From Tubulanus polymorphus (Eukaryota > Animalia > Nemertea): a stretch of 64,000 nt of DNA. Positions within the stretch are counted from its first letter, which is position 1, and each line of letters starts with the position of its first letter. Below, one piece after another: positions 25,001 through 50,900 of the stretch. Below the pieces are notes generated by a model that had not been told where the DNA came from, searched no databases, and was given only the letters and a program-made list of their open reading frames with translations. The position numbers were made by a program, and so were the translations under genes. The stretch spans positions 20,559,101 to 20,623,100 of the forward strand of contig NC_134025.1 in NCBI RefSeq assembly GCF_964204645.1, read 5' to 3'.

Positions 25001-25293
25001 TTGTTTTAAGACACTTTCAATCCAGTTCGAAATAATTTCATTATGTGAATACGGCTTGCTTAGATTGATTTACATTAAGGTAAATGTATATGAACATTTC
25101 TGTAATGCTTCAGGCTTGCATTAAGGCAAACAGACCGTCTTCAAGTTGGGGTCCAGCGATGGCCGAAAACAGATCTGACACGATTTACGAGAAAGAAAGA
25201 AAAATGGAAACTCGCAGTTCCGTCTGCAGAGAAACAGAAGTTAAAAACGGTGATCTTGGACACAATAACGAGTCGTTTAATATTGACTTATAG
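16042..25293 (+). CDS. SLC6 (neurotransmitter:sodium symporter) Na+/Cl--dependent amino-acid transporter, GlyT/PROT-like, copy 1 (~673 aa)
   Basis: Exons 16042-16092, 18339-18516 ([29 protein letters not shown]), 18628-18759 ([18 protein letters not shown]), 18882-19064, 19152-19332, 19418-19550, 19762-19896 ([10 protein letters not shown]), 20045-20148 or 20855-20958 (TM6), 22262-22386 (INCGTS), 23409-23524 ([12 protein letters not shown]), 23696-23836, 24199-24298, 24443-24543, 24829-24990, 25114-25293. Sum is 2022 nt, in frame. AATAAA at ~25753. Confidence 0.95.
17781..17835 (+). ncRNA. Hammerhead ribozyme-like motif in SLC6-1 intron 1 (sense strand)
   Basis: CTGACGA-agc(cgttcgaagc)gct-GAA-ACAC(aagcctcg)GTGT-C: complete core, stem II, 4-bp stem III and a GUC cleavage triplet. 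Stem I pairs only with a 2-nt offset. Confidence 0.5.
20045..20148 (+). CDS. SLC6-1 TM6 exon, variant A ([35 protein letters not shown])
   Basis: 104 nt, tttag/…/gtatgt; the counterpart of the single TM6 exon of copy 2 (43311-43414). Confidence 0.9.
20855..20958 (+). CDS. SLC6-1 TM6 exon, variant B, putative mutually exclusive exon ([35 protein letters not shown])
   Basis: 104 nt with the same phases (0/2) as variant A, intact tgtag/…/gtact splice sites, no stops, and conserved VW.DA..QIFYS and FNNNCLR. Confidence 0.85.
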
Positions 25294-26535
25294 GCGTAAA
25301 GGAAGAATGTACTATCGGGTATATTACGATTCTATCAGTTATTCGTACCGTATACGGATGAATGACGTGGGTTATTGTTCGAGACCATTTCATATTTCAA
25401 AGAACTATTTCCTATGAGAACTATTTGCTTAATCTCACAAAACTTACTGTATTCAAATGTTGCTGATGAATTACAATATTTGCGCTTGCATTGACTAAAC
25501 GTCCACCGGAATCTTTTTAGAAATAGACAACATAAAGCGAGTTAACTGAATACACGCTTTTGAGAGTTATCTGTTCAGAATAACTATCTATTTTTGACGG
25601 ATGCACATTCTATGTATTAGTGTTTGTAATGTAAGTTTGACACGTTCCACTCGTTTTCTATAAACTATGCTCACGTGACCATATTATTGAAATAGAGTTC
25701 GTGTTTGTAGGCAAAATTGACGTCGAATGAGAGATGGATGACGTTTAGTGTGAATAAACAATGAATCTATGTTGTTTAACGAACAAAAAAACGTTTTATC
25801 GCTTCACCGATTTGGTCGATGTTATTTTTCATACGAGGTCTTTCCATCGCATTTTATTTTTTTCGTAGATGATTCCGTACCGTATTCTGCGCATTGTATT
25901 TGAGTATGTATGTTCATCAAAAATAAGAGATTCGAAAAAATCATGCATATTAAACTCGCGAAAAATCCGGGGAAACCACGGGTGCTCTTAGCCTATGAAT
26001 TCGAACTTTCCGGATCATTTTTGCCGTAAATTTAGTAGAAGGATCACTGTAAAAGGTACATGTGTATGAATGTCATGTGATTTGCCATGCCTGTAGAGAC
26101 CATGTAGGCTCTCTGCATAACCTTTGCCGAAAAGACGTGCCTTTACACTGAAACCGGATAAATAAAGGAATGGAGTGTTTAGAGAGGAGTTTCGGTTTAG
26201 CTTTGGAGAGACTAGTGAAGAAAGGGAGAAGTTGTACAGAATAAATGCTGCACTCATAGTAAAGAAAGTGTTCTAGTTATTGTCCCTGAAAGGATTTTAT
26301 ACCAGAAGGAACGAAACCACCGAGTTAATACCCAACATCAGGAAATGCAACAACACAAAACACCAAACCAACACTTCCGACTTAACCTTATTGGATCAAT
26401 TGCGAAAATAGATTTCACTTCAGTTGAAAATACGAGCTAGACATGATGATTTTAATTACTACCGTGGTATCTTAACAGCTTTTAACACTGAATAACTTTC
26501 GAGTTATTGACTCAAGGCGTGGATGAGTAGTTCGA

Positions 26536-38044
<11,509 letters not shown>

Positions 38045-38543
38045 GTCAACTACGCGAATGGTGCGAAGATAATGTCGTAGATTTCGTTAGTGTCAATTCG
38101 TTTTATAATGCCAGATGGTTACCGAATGAGTAACTCGATATCCATAACTATATATGTATATGGAATACATATATTGGATGGATTACTAGTAGTACTTCAC
38201 CAGATTCACTAGATTAATTTGACGCACTGTCATTCAAACGGATTTTAAACTATCCGCATTATTTTATCAAGTGGCTGCATTGAGCAGAAAAAAGATCAAC
38301 ATAAGTTTCCTAATCACTCCTCTTTTAATCGACCCATTCAATTTTCAACACCCTCGTGAATTACTACTGTAATCACTATCATAGAACACGTCATGAGCTA
38401 CAATTCTGAAATTGATTGTGGTTGTATGCGTAGCTGCCAATATCTATGGAAATACGTTATTTCGCTATTCAACACGCCCCCTGGTGAACATATACCGGAA
38501 TCAATTACCTTGAAACTCGCAGTAATCATAGAGCATGTCTTAA

Positions 38544-39196
38544 CCCTTTTGATACGGACCACCCGCGGTGCGGGTGGATACCACTTCGGTCTTCGCTACG
38601 AGACACCCGCAGTGCGGGTGTTTTTAGAAGGACAATTATCATCGTGCTGTACATGGCTGACACCTGCCGTGACTTGCCGAAACTATGTCAGAAGATGCTA
38701 GAGAGAAATTCAAGCGATTTCGCCGCAAAAAAATCTATTTATCAATTACTGACCGTTTTTTTGCCTAAAATAGTACCGATCCAAGGCTGTACTTTAGGCG
38801 TAGACCTAAAAACTTAAATACCTGTAAATTTTTTATTTTTTCATAGATTTGCATAATTTTTTTTGCCTAAGGTAACAACAGACACCAGTATACTGTTTGA
38901 TTGAAGGTACATGGATCTTGCTTTGTTTTGAAATGATGTATGTTGAATATTCTCAAAAAAAGATTATATTTTTTGTATCTTCGCACGATATAATTAGGTC
39001 ACGTGACCTAATTAGCATAATTTTGGAAAATTTTTTGGTCCTCTAAATAAACTTTGGGATGTGTTCTACAAAGATATATAACTGATGTCCTGTTTCCTCT
39101 GTTGGTTTTTTTGCTATAGCCATCCATATATAACATGCAAAAATGCCTAATTTAGGCTCAGTAGAGTAGTGACCAAACATACCAGTATCAAAAGGG
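38544..39196. mobile_element. piggyBac-like MITE in the astacin-2/SLC6-2 intergenic region
   Basis: TTAA|cccttttgatac ... gtatcaaaaggg|TTAA. Confidence 0.8.
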
Positions 39197-39840
39197 TTAA
39201 GGGGCAATCCGGCAATTGATTGTGGTAAGAAATGTGCATTAAGGTACATTTCTAGACCTTTAACCGTATCAAGCCAGTCTGACATTTTACAAAAATGGTT
39301 ACAATGTCAACGGTTCATTAAAATCTGAAAACTAATTCCTGGGAAAAATGCTTTCGATATTCATAAACGCTATAATTTTAGTAAAACAGTAAAAAAAAGT
39401 AAAACGGCTTCGTGTGAAAAACCAGCAAAAATCATTAATAATACCAGAAATATGGAAGAACTGGATTTCTTAAGTATGGGACGGGTGAATTTGGCTACCG
39501 TTTCCATGGTAACAGAAGAATCCTGGGACCTACAAAATACTCACAAGGTATTAGTAGCTGATTATGCAAATATTTGAGAATTTGAATAGAATTAGGAATT
39601 GAATATAATTTTGGGTTTTTTGAGTTTAAAGGCTCTTTGTTTTAAAACAACAACGCTCTTATTATTAACGTAACTGATGCTGAATTTCCATTGTTTATAC
39701 TATTCTCATCTGACTTTTCAAACAACCTTTCGGTTTGTTAATCGGTTTGATAATGAACTCGAAATCGATCCTCGGTATCAGAGTTCATGGTTTGACGCCA
39801 CATTGTGGCTGTTTAGCAATCTCTCATATTTGCTCTCAGA

Positions 39841-39871
39841 TATATATTGATAAGAGAAGAATTTGTCAGTT
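39841..39871 (+). promoter_or_regulatory. TATA-like box plus initiator (TCAGTT) of SLC6 copy 2
   Basis: TATATAT at 39841, GATAAG, TCAGTT at 39866; positionally equivalent to copy 1. Confidence 0.55.
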
Positions 39872-39902
39872 TAAACTATTAACTGGTCAATGTTGGTTGA
39901 AG

Positions 39903-42900
39903 ATGATTGAAGGTCCGAAAACTGCGTCAACAGTAAATCTCGTCGAAGAAAATGTAAGTTAAAAATCACTAAATAGGAACCGAAATACTGGACAAATCAC
40001 TTTTGTTAGAACAGTTCCTTCATATCTCCATGAAAATCTGCGGAAATGTTAGGAGAAAAAGTTTGTGACGATTTCAAATTCATAAGAGTAAAGGATCTTG
40101 GATTGAATTGAATAGAGACTCGATAAGATATTTAATGAGAATATTCAAATGTTGGCTAGAGATTAGGAATGAGTAATTGACTATGACTATTGACTAGTGA
40201 AGGAATTCCATAATACGAAGATGTTATTTCTAATTTCATTGACTATTTCTTTACACGCCTAAATATGTAAATACATTTGGCTAGATTATTGCAAGGCAAT
40301 AACAAAAAATGTCTTTCGTCGTTGATTCAACTGAAGACTAAGTTTATAATTAAGAAAAAAGAAAGAAAAGTCTTACAGATTCACTTTGAAAGCATCGAAA
40401 GCTCTTAATGGTTTTCAAGGGATCAAGGTTTTTCAATATAATCAGTATTTCCTCGAATACCATGATTACTACGGTGCTTGACCTTGTCTAAGAAAATCAT
40501 CATTCTGATTTATGTGAGACGTAATGACGTAGTGCAATTTCGTACTGTACAAGAGATAAAATTTTTTTCGGAGCGGCATAACCATTCAACGCGCATTTAA
40601 CACCTAAGATTAGCGCATTGAACACATAAGTGCCGAATTGAACAGTGACTAGATTCCAAAACTGGTATTAAATCTTAGTCTACCCTTGTTATTAGATAAA
40701 TTAGATTCGATATTTTTGTCAAAATAAGGTTAGATTCTTTATTCTGTCAGAATATAGAATGGTATTGACTTGGTACTAATGAAATCAATTCACTTGAAAC
40801 GTTCTATCACGATATTTATTGATGTTTTAGGTCAGAAGCCAATTGCTCAAAAGTTTGTTAAAGTTAACCATCGAATAAATACCATGGTAATAAAATGTAG
40901 TCTTTAGTAACCAGACATGTACTGGTTGACTCTAATCCAACCAACTATTGAACAGCGACGGCTATTGTGGATCAATCATCAAAATCAAGAGATCATCGAA
41001 CTCTTTGAGTTTAGTTAACAGTTTTATCAACGGCATGGCCACTTGACTTTTGACTATGCATCAGGCTATCGTATTGACATATACATATATGTGTCAAAAC
41101 ATGTCAATAATTAGGGTCACTCTTATCTATTCAATACAGTATCTTCGACTTGGATAGATTATCTGAAATGGCCGATAAAACTCTGATGCTGAAGTCTGAA
41201 TTTCCATATTTTACTGCTCCCCTCGCCAACTTTCTCCCAGTCAACATCATATGCTAAATCCTTAAGTTATGGAAGATCTGTCTCCGAAATTGATTCATAT
41301 TTTAAGATTTTGTTGTTGACAGCTTGTTCAGAAAAAGGTTAAGGAAAATGTAAACTTGTTATTTACATAAAACGCGCATTACTTTATACAAGGGATGTAG
41401 TCGCATCCTGATTGACTAGACAGAAATACACTTTCCTCATGTTTATAGATTTTCAATAGGGCGTTGCAACTAAGCAGGCTAATGGCGACAACGTTGACAT
41501 TGAAAACAGTAGCAAAGGGCTGAAGGAACGTGGAAATTGGGGAGGACAAGTGGAGTTTATTCTGACGTGTATAGGATATGCCGTAGGTTTAGGAAATGTC
41601 TGGAGATTTCCATATCTCTGTTACAAAAATGGAGGAGGTAAGTTAACTAAACTTGCGGAAATGACTGCAAACTTAAACTTCACGTCAGTGTCCTAGAGAA
41701 GCGCAATGAAAATGAGTATGAAATCTCAAAACAAAATTATTCCGACATGTATTGCTTTCCGTTGCAGGTGCCTTTTTGATACCATACATCTTGATGTTGA
41801 TATTTGTCGGGCTACCGTTGTTTTTTATGGAAATGGCATTCGGTCAGTTTGCTAGTCTCGGTCCAATCACCATCTGGAGAATAAACCCATTATTTAAAGG
41901 TAAGACCCATAACATGGCCCAGTTTATCTATTCTAGATATCAATTTATTTCTCGATGACGTCAAGCAAACATATTGAATGCGATACGTTGTTTTCTCTTA
42001 TTCTTATTCTATGAATTTTCTATCATTGGGTAACATGGATTAAGAAAAGCTTTTAAGTCTAGCATTTGCTTAAGTCGTAGATACTCTTCCTTTTACTCCT
42101 AAGACCAAGTGTTCAGCTACAGTCTTCGTTCCATTAAATCTTTTCATCCAATTTAATCAATGCTCACTTAAAATTCCGATCGAATCGTAGAAAATATTTA
42201 GACAGCGATTAGTCATGCATCAAACTATGCATAGCTTACTATAAATCCCGACGTGGAAATGGCACCCTAACAACATTTTTTTCGCTTCAATTTATGTCTC
42301 AATAAATGCATTTTTTAAATCAATATTCCAGGTATGGGTTGGGCAATGGTAATAGTGACGTTTTCTATTTGTTTATATTACAACGTCATTGTGGCATATT
42401 GTTTGTACTATCTATTCGCGTCGATGACATCGGTTCTACCGTGGTCAACATGTGACAACGAATGGAACAGCGAGTACTGTACGAATGATGTCAACAGAAA
42501 TATATTTCAAAACAGTAGGTTTTCGTGATATTTCTTTGATATACACTCGCTTGAATATTCAATCAAATTGCATATTTTGTGTATCTTAGTTACCTATTGG
42601 AATAATGCCACAGTTGAAAATGGTACAGTTGATACGATCTACAACTGTAGCACTGCTGCAATTGAGAATGCTCTTGCAACTATCAACACAACGACAACTA
42701 CACTGGTAGCAAACTGCACAGAAAATCAGACGGTTTTCAAATCATCAACAGAAGAATATTTTTAGTTAGTTCCTAATTAATCCCAACCGACCTTAGCATA
42801 AATCATTTAAGCGTTCAAGTAAATGCCATTAACGTATACCGTTTTAGTAACAACGTACTCGGTTTAACCGAGGGGTTCTCTGTGTCTGGCAAGTTGAAAT

Positions 42901-45900
42901 GGGAATTGAGTCTATGCCTGCTCTTGGCCTGGGTTGTCGTGTTCTTCGTGTTAGTTAAAGGAATCCAATCGTTAGGCAAGGTAACTACAGTCATACCTAG
43001 ACCTGCAGTAACCTCGGCATAATCCGGTTATGTTATCAATTTGTGGTTTGATATTTACAGGTGGTATATTTCACCGCGTTATTCCCGTACGTTTTGCTGA
43101 CGGCTCTTCTCATCCAAGGCTGTACATTAGAAGGTTCAATTGACGGCATACTGTACTATGTCACTCCTCAATGGGACAAACTTCTTGACGGTGAGGTAAA
43201 AACCCTGTATCTAAATATGAATCAGGCTTCGCTTACAAATCAAATTGCGGCGAACGAATAACATTTCAGAAAAGTTGAAAATTTTATGTAGCCTACATTG
43301 TGCATTTTAGGTGTGGAAGGACGCAGGAGTTCAGATTTTTTATTCTATGGGTATTGCCCAGGGTTCCTCGATAACAATGGCAAGCTATAATAAGTTTAAA
43401 AACAATTGCCTCAGGTATGTAATTTGTAAGACGCATCCACACATATTCCATTTACAGTCACTGGCAAATCAATGTAAAAAGCATAGTCTTTCATCAATAT
43501 GTTGTTTATTTCAAGAGATAATCTTTCTAAAATGATACAAGCGAAACTGGAAAACGTATAAACGATATACATGTGTACTGTTTCAGAGACGCTCTAATCG
43601 TGCCCTTTATAAACTGCGGTACGAGTATCTACGCTGGGTTCGTAATATTCTCAGTTCTCGGATTCATGGCCCACGAGAAGCATACGACCGTCGCGGAGGT
43701 CGCCAGGGCAGGTAAATAAACAAACAATCAAACACACAAACGGTGCTTTCGCTGGATAACCGGCTCAAAGCACGGAAACAACCGAACTTTTTGAATTATT
43801 TGTGTGAGAAAACACAAAATGGGCTAGTGTTAAAGATCTTTTATCAATTTAGTATGGCCCGAATCAACCACCATAGCTATGTTTGATATGTGTTATTTCT
43901 TTCCATCAGGGCCTGGTTTAGCTTTCATCGCTTATCCCGAAGCTATTGCTAAAATGCCTTTATGTCCGCCACTGTGGGCAGTATTATTTTTCGCAATGAT
44001 GGCCATGCTCGGTTTCAGTACACAGGTAATGAATACTTCATATCACGACTTGTAGACTGATGATGTTGATTTCAACATCCAGAGTTATTCAATAAAAACC
44101 CACAGTTGAAGATTAGACCGTTATTATCTGGCAGTTTCTGAGTTTATCTAAGCTCCACCATCAGAGAAACAAAAATCCGCCAGAAACTGTCGTCACTAGA
44201 TGATGAATATTGCAATCTACACTGCGGATTTTTACTTCATATTACGAATTCTTCACTGCAGATTTGATCTTTTCTAATACCTGTGCGTTTAGCAACATGG
44301 GACATCGAACGACAAACCGATGATGATTTGTGCATTTATGGTTTTTTTTGTATACGTAGTTTTCCATGTTTGAGACAGTAATTAGTGCGATTTGTGATGA
44401 ATACAAGCACGTACTAAGGACGACGACGAAAAGAACAGTAATTTTCCGTGTGCTGATTTGTGTAGCCGCGTTTCTACTTGGTTTGCCCATGTGTTTAGAG
44501 GTAGGCAATGACTAAGCAGTTATACTGCTCACTCGGTAATGCACTCCACTGGGACAACTGCTCTGTGGACCATGCATCTTTTATGAGGGGGTCAATTTAT
44601 CCGAACTTGACATCCAGTAGGACAGCGGTAGAATATTGACATTCCAAAAGACAGTACGGTCTTCTCTGGCCCGTTCATGGCGCTCAACGAATTATTGGGT
44701 GGTTGCTGGTTATTAGGCCCAGCGCACACGGCAAGTCGTTTTTCCTTGCCGGTTGCGTTTGGCTTTACTTATCATCGCAATCAATCCTCGATCTTAGTCG
44801 CATCGAGCTTCGGAGAACATTAGGGTAAATTACTCAAAATATTCGAAAATATACATATGATATGTCTTGAATAATTATATTTTCTTATTTCAAAGAATGG
44901 CATGTACCTTCTGAATTTGATTGATAATTTTGTCGGTGGATTTCCACTGCTGGTCATCGGTTTTCTTGAATGCGTTGTGCTAAATCATATATACGGTAAG
45001 TGTTATAAATGCTGCCGCGTTAAATACAATTCGTATATATACTAATGTCAGTATTTCTAGCGATGGGTTTTATTCGTTTTTTAAGGATATAAACGTTTCG
45101 CCGCTGATATTCGGTTAATGATAGGCCGAGACCCTAGTTTATTTTTCAAGGCCACGTGGTGTTATATTTCACCTTTATTCATGCTTGTAAGTATTATTCT
45201 TCTGATATGATCGCCGCAAGTATAAAACCAACGTGTAGTGTAGAATTTAACATTCAGATGGGCCTACTTCTACGTATGAACAATTGTAATTACAGTTATC
45301 ATTAATTCTACCGCTCCTTGAATTACACAAACATCATAGCGGAAAAACTACAGTACAACGCATAATCAATAGCCAGTTTACTGTTAAGTTCAAAGGCTTG
45401 ATTTGTTAGATCATCAAGCATAAAAGTTGTGAGGTTACACATCGAAAAATATGAGCTATGCGAAATCTTTTTTTCCAGGCGACGATCGTATTCAAAGCAT
45501 GGAATTATACACGCCTTACATATAATGACTACGTTTACCCCGATTGGGCAGAGGCTCTCGGATGGGTGACTGTAGTCATTCCTACATGCATGATCTTTAT
45601 TTGGATGTTGGTACAATATTGCAGGACATATGGGTATAAAGTAAGTTCATTTATTCGATGGTCGGATCAGGCCCGTGCCAAATTTGACCCGTGGCCTGTC
45701 ATAAGAGAGCGCGCTTACACGCAAACCACTCCGACACTGGACACTAAACAATGCTCAAACAGAGCGAATTGGGTCATTTCAGGTACCAGTTGCAATTCAA
45801 ACGCAACCATCTGCCTCGTGCTAGAATTTGGTTCGGGCTGGTTCGCCTTTTTTGGTCGGGCCCAATTTGGCCCGGGCTAAACAGGCTCGGGTACACCGTG

Positions 45901-46176
45901 TGGACAGTTGTTCCGAGCCAAAAATGCACGTGTGATCGCGGCTTATAGTTTGTGTTGCATTGGTAACGTCTATAATAAATTCTAACGCTTCAGGCTTGCA
46001 TCAAAGCAAATGTGCCGTCTTCAAATTGGGGTCCAGCGATGGCTGAAGATAGATCTGACACGATTTATGAGACAGATAGACAAATGGAAACTCGCGATTC
46101 TATCCGCAAAGAAACAGAAGAATCTTCAAATGGTGATTTTGGACACAATAACGAATCGTTTAATGATCATTTATGA
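39903..46176 (+). CDS. SLC6 Na+/Cl--dependent amino-acid transporter, copy 2 (~672 aa)
   Basis: Exons 39903-39953, 41460-41637, 41768-41899, 42332-42514, 42590-42764, 42848-42980, 43061-43195, 43311-43414 (single TM6 exon, A-type), 43587-43711, 43910-44025, 44360-44500, 44896-44995, 45086-45186, 45479-45640, 45994-46176. In frame; AATAAA at ~46193. Confidence 0.95.
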
Positions 46177-47964
46177 ATATGCTGAGACGAAAAATAAACC
46201 TATATATTCTAATCAGTGCTTAGGTAGTCATTAGGAACTTATTTCAACTCTGGAGTCAAGCAAGGTGACCTGCATTTCGTAGGTCTTCCATTTTGTGTTA
46301 CTGTCAAAGTCCTTTATGATGCCACTGTTGGGACACCAATATGAAACATGGTGCAACGAAATTGACGTTATAAAGAATGGTATTCTTACTGAATATGAGT
46401 TAGATTGCGCAAATTTGTCCTCTGAAAAAATGACGTTATAACGTACTTTTACGTAGGCCAACTCAAATCCGTTGGTAGAAGAAGAGTAGGGCTGCCTAAT
46501 AACGGTACTGAAAGGAGAAAGAGATCCATTAGCGTACCTTTGGTGGTTCCAAGACTGCGGATGTACATTGCCTGCCCCGGCCATCGCGCAGTATCCATGT
46601 GGAAAGGATAGAATATCGTACATCCAGCTTGTCAAATACCACCGGATTATGTATTCGATTCACTAAGGCCTATACAATTCTGAATAAAGATTTCATGAAA
46701 TGTGATTCCGCTTTCAAAGATTCTGAAACTGATTCATGTTTAGTAGGCCTATAGGGTTTTGAATCCTAAAGCCGATCTCCTTATTGTGTACCAAAACAAG
46801 CGGGATATCACACAGGGACTCGTCACGAATTGATCAAACTCGATGAATGATCAACTCGTAACAAAAAATATTGTTATAATGGTATTATGGTTTATCAACG
46901 ACCACTGTATCCACGGACGACACAGTTTTCCTATAATATGTTCTAGGTTAGAGGGATAGGCCACTCTGTTGGTCATTTTCATCAATGACCAACCCCAAAA
47001 AAGTGACACGCCCCAAACATTTTTTTATACATTGATAACAGTACATCATTTTGAAGGGTACTTTTCTTCATGGCAGCAAGTTTTCTTGTTTATACTTTTT
47101 AAATTCCTTAAATCAGCTGAACAAAGGAGGACACGACTCTAACCGAAAAATTCAAAACATTCGAAATTATGGGATTCGAACCAAGATATACTTACGATAG
47201 TTCGCGCGCATGTCTCAGCGCGCATGCAACACAACTTTTGACCAATGAGATTTCATTATATACGTGCGTCTACTGCGGGAATTTGTATTGAAGGTCGCGT
47301 GGACCCAGAAATAAATCAAAATTTATTTACGGAATAGAATTATGGCACAGAATTGACTATTATGTGGTGCTAGTGTTTTCATCGAGGTTTGATAACGGCT
47401 GAGAATGTAGGTAGCCTACCAACCAGTAAGTTGTTACACAATGGCCTAAATTTCCAGTAAATTTCTACATCGGGAAACGAAACTGACAAGCCGTAGGCCT
47501 ACGAGTTCAAAATTAAAAAAGAGGTTGCAAAAGCCCAACGGTCCAAGACGACACTCTCACAATCACATTGACATTGTGATTCACAACTGCACAAAACAAG
47601 TCTAACTCTAGTCTGAATACCAGATGTTGTTGCTGTCCCCTACAGGTTGTTTGTGGAACAATGGCTACTTATGTCACACCTGTCCGTAATTTTGTTAATA
47701 ATCGGTTTAGACTTAAGTAGCCTAGCCTACAGCTGAACAGACCCCTCTGTCCCTCAGTCTCACTCATTCTCGTCTTTAAATCATTAGGCCAATGGTAGAC
47801 ACATAGAAAGAAAAGGAATTAGAAGCTAAGCCTAAAAGGCTATTTCCTCTTCTATCATAGGCCGCAGATAGCGACAGGCCTGGAATGGACCATATAAATG
47901 CTGTGCATTCACACACACACACATTTTCCTCACATTTTACTGCAGGGATTATTAATCAAAGGTG

Positions 47965-50900
47965 ATGTCTAATGGTGAACAGAAAGCAACCGTTCCAAGG
48001 TCGCGGGCTTTGATCCAACAATGTTTGTCTGCAAGACTTCAAACTCAGCCCCCAACTGAAGACTCTCCTGCTTGCTTCGTTGAGGTAGGTAAAATTGATA
48101 ATTTTTGTCCTTCATGTACAAATAAGCCTCCCTCCGGTTAACCATGTCTGATATAATGAGATAAGCATATTGGATAGGCCTCACATCAGTGGGAAACATG
48201 AGTGGCTTAGACTGGGACCAGTAGGTAGTGCTTTAGGTGAATTACGGTACATAATATTTGATTCGACCAACAAGCAGTCAGTGACAATCCTGTTGTAATA
48301 GCCTACAGTGGAACCTCGTTACAACAAAAACCCATACCAAAATGATGTTCAGAATGAACAAAAATAAGGCCTATTTTTCCTATCAAAAAAGTTATTAGGC
48401 TATTAGGCCTATCCTTTTAATTTCATTGGTTGGAACAGATATTGGCAACAACTAAATATCGGTTAGAGAGACGTTAATTTAGTGTCCCAAGGGCCAGATT
48501 CATTGGTTACATTGAAGTCAGGGTTTTCGATAACCCAATCAATAATGTTCAATGTTGAGTTGATTTAACAAAATTCACTTAACAGAAACACTTAAATCGA
48601 TATTTTCAATTGTTCAATGAATTTAACCTACTAAGATTACTATTGCTATTGGAAGTATTTCATTATTGGAAGTATTTCATTAATCAACATGATGGCTTCT
48701 AAGCATAAACAGCAGTAAATTGATCTTTGGGATCATTCATTTATTACGTATGCATAAAATTTGAATTTTTCAACCCCCACCTCTGTACGCAAAATCAGCC
48801 ATTTTTATCATATACATTGAGCATTACAATACGCAATTGCACTGACCCCTCCCCCTCCCCTAATGCGTACGTAATAAATGAATGACCCCTTTCCACAAAA
48901 GTTGACGTAATAGAGGCAGTTAATAGGTGTAGGAAATTAATATGGGGGGTGAAAAACATTGAAAAAAGTTGGTTCATTTAGGCCCTATGGGCCTATATGT
49001 TTATTGACTATGAAATAAAGCCTTTAAACTCTAAACTACAGTCACAAACCCTACACAGATCAATATCACATTGGCCTAGTCTTGCGGGTTGCCCCATGGA
49101 TTGTTTTTGTAACAAGGTTCCACTGTATATAACCAGTGACAGACTGCAAAAAGCTTGTAACTTAAAGCAACGAATGCTGTCACTCTTTTTAATACCCTGT
49201 TACACAGGTCTAACAGGCTAACACCCTGTAAAAGTCTTGTGAATCCCTGGCCTGCAATTTTCAAAGCGATATTTAAGTTATCCCAGTGTTGAAAATATTT
49301 AACACCGCGGGATAGCGATTTATCACCAGGATAGGGCTCATCACCACTATGAAAAATGCAGCCCTGTAATATGGGTGCTACAGCCAGTCTGTGAAACCCT
49401 GTAAGAGTTACATGGTACACATGTATTTACATGTTTCAGATAAAAAGAGGCATCGTTGTGTACATTTGCTTCTTGAAAGAAGCTGATGAAGATACTGTTA
49501 AACGTATCGGTAAGTTGAATTACAGACATAAGTGTAAAAATTTGAACAAAACGAAGATGGACAGAACAATCCCAAAAATCTTTATCAAAATATTTCTATA
49601 CGTCACATACTTTATGCACCTGTGCACTAGCTTTCTTGTCAGCTATGCTTATAAATGTTTAAAGGCAAAGGAAAAGCTTCTGTCCAGTTTTTATGCCCAA
49701 CAATGCCTTGGGGGGGGGGGAGGGGGTGACTTCGCAGACGTTTTTCGTGCCCTGGCACTGAGACTGAACTTGATTAGATATGGTTAGCAATGGATAAGCG
49801 TCCTTGGGATTGGATCACTGATTAGATTTTGGGTCCTATATGTCAAGGGCACAGATGCTTTCACATTTTTCTTCCTTCCAAAAATTTTGTTGAACTGCTT
49901 GGCTGCTCTTCATTTAGGCCTATAACATAAGCCAATATAGGTCATGCCTAGATTGAGATGATCCACATTGTCCGTGTAAGATGAAAGGCATATACAAGAG
50001 AAATTCCACAATAATTACTGCATGTATTGGCCATCATCAGGCTTATTGAGAACGTTACTCGTATATACTCTTTTATTCAAGAACTTTACATCTTTGGCTT
50101 AAAAACTGTGCGGATTTCTCTCGTATAGCCTATGCATACAATCCCAATACCGCTCACATCAGCGATACAGAGCCTTGGACGTATGGAGAGTAGTATGGCG
50201 TTATATTGGGGGTTTATTCTGACTAATCTCAAGATAGAAAATACAGGAGAAAAGAGCTGCTGTTGAGGCAGGATTGTGGTTTATTTGCGCTAAATTAAAA
50301 AGAAAGAAAATATGCCCAATCTCCACCAATTTAGTTTTGCATTATACGTCGAAAGCGTTATATGTTTTCAAACGAAAAAAGACGCTGTTAAAACGTAGTT
50401 GGCCACTTTTCGTTTTAAAGTTTGCGAAAAAAGTACGACAGTTAATTTCGGCTCGTTTCGTATTTCGTTTCGTACTAAAGAAGGACTCTGATCTTTTTTT
50501 CGTTCTGATCGCAACGTTAAAAGCAACATTCCGACCAGCAAGTGAAATGAACCGGCACACGTTAGCGTGATCTTTTTTCGTTTAAACGTATCTTTTTCCT
50601 TTCAAACCAACTTTTCGTTTTAACATGGTTTTTTCTTCTTAACATTGCGTTCGTATTTGTGTTATGTAAAACAGAAAAAAATGGCTGAGATTATGGCTAT
50701 GTCCCGAATTATTCTACAGTAGACTCCGCTCGTCGGAACTTTTGCGACGTACAAAATGTGTCCGACTTAGCAGCAATATCTGAGTTCGATGTTATATACA
50801 TCTTTATGCATGATCCGACTCAGGCAGGATCTAATGTATTCATTCTAGCCATCTTAAACGTCCCGACCGAAAAGAATGGAATTGGATAAAAGACGTTTTT

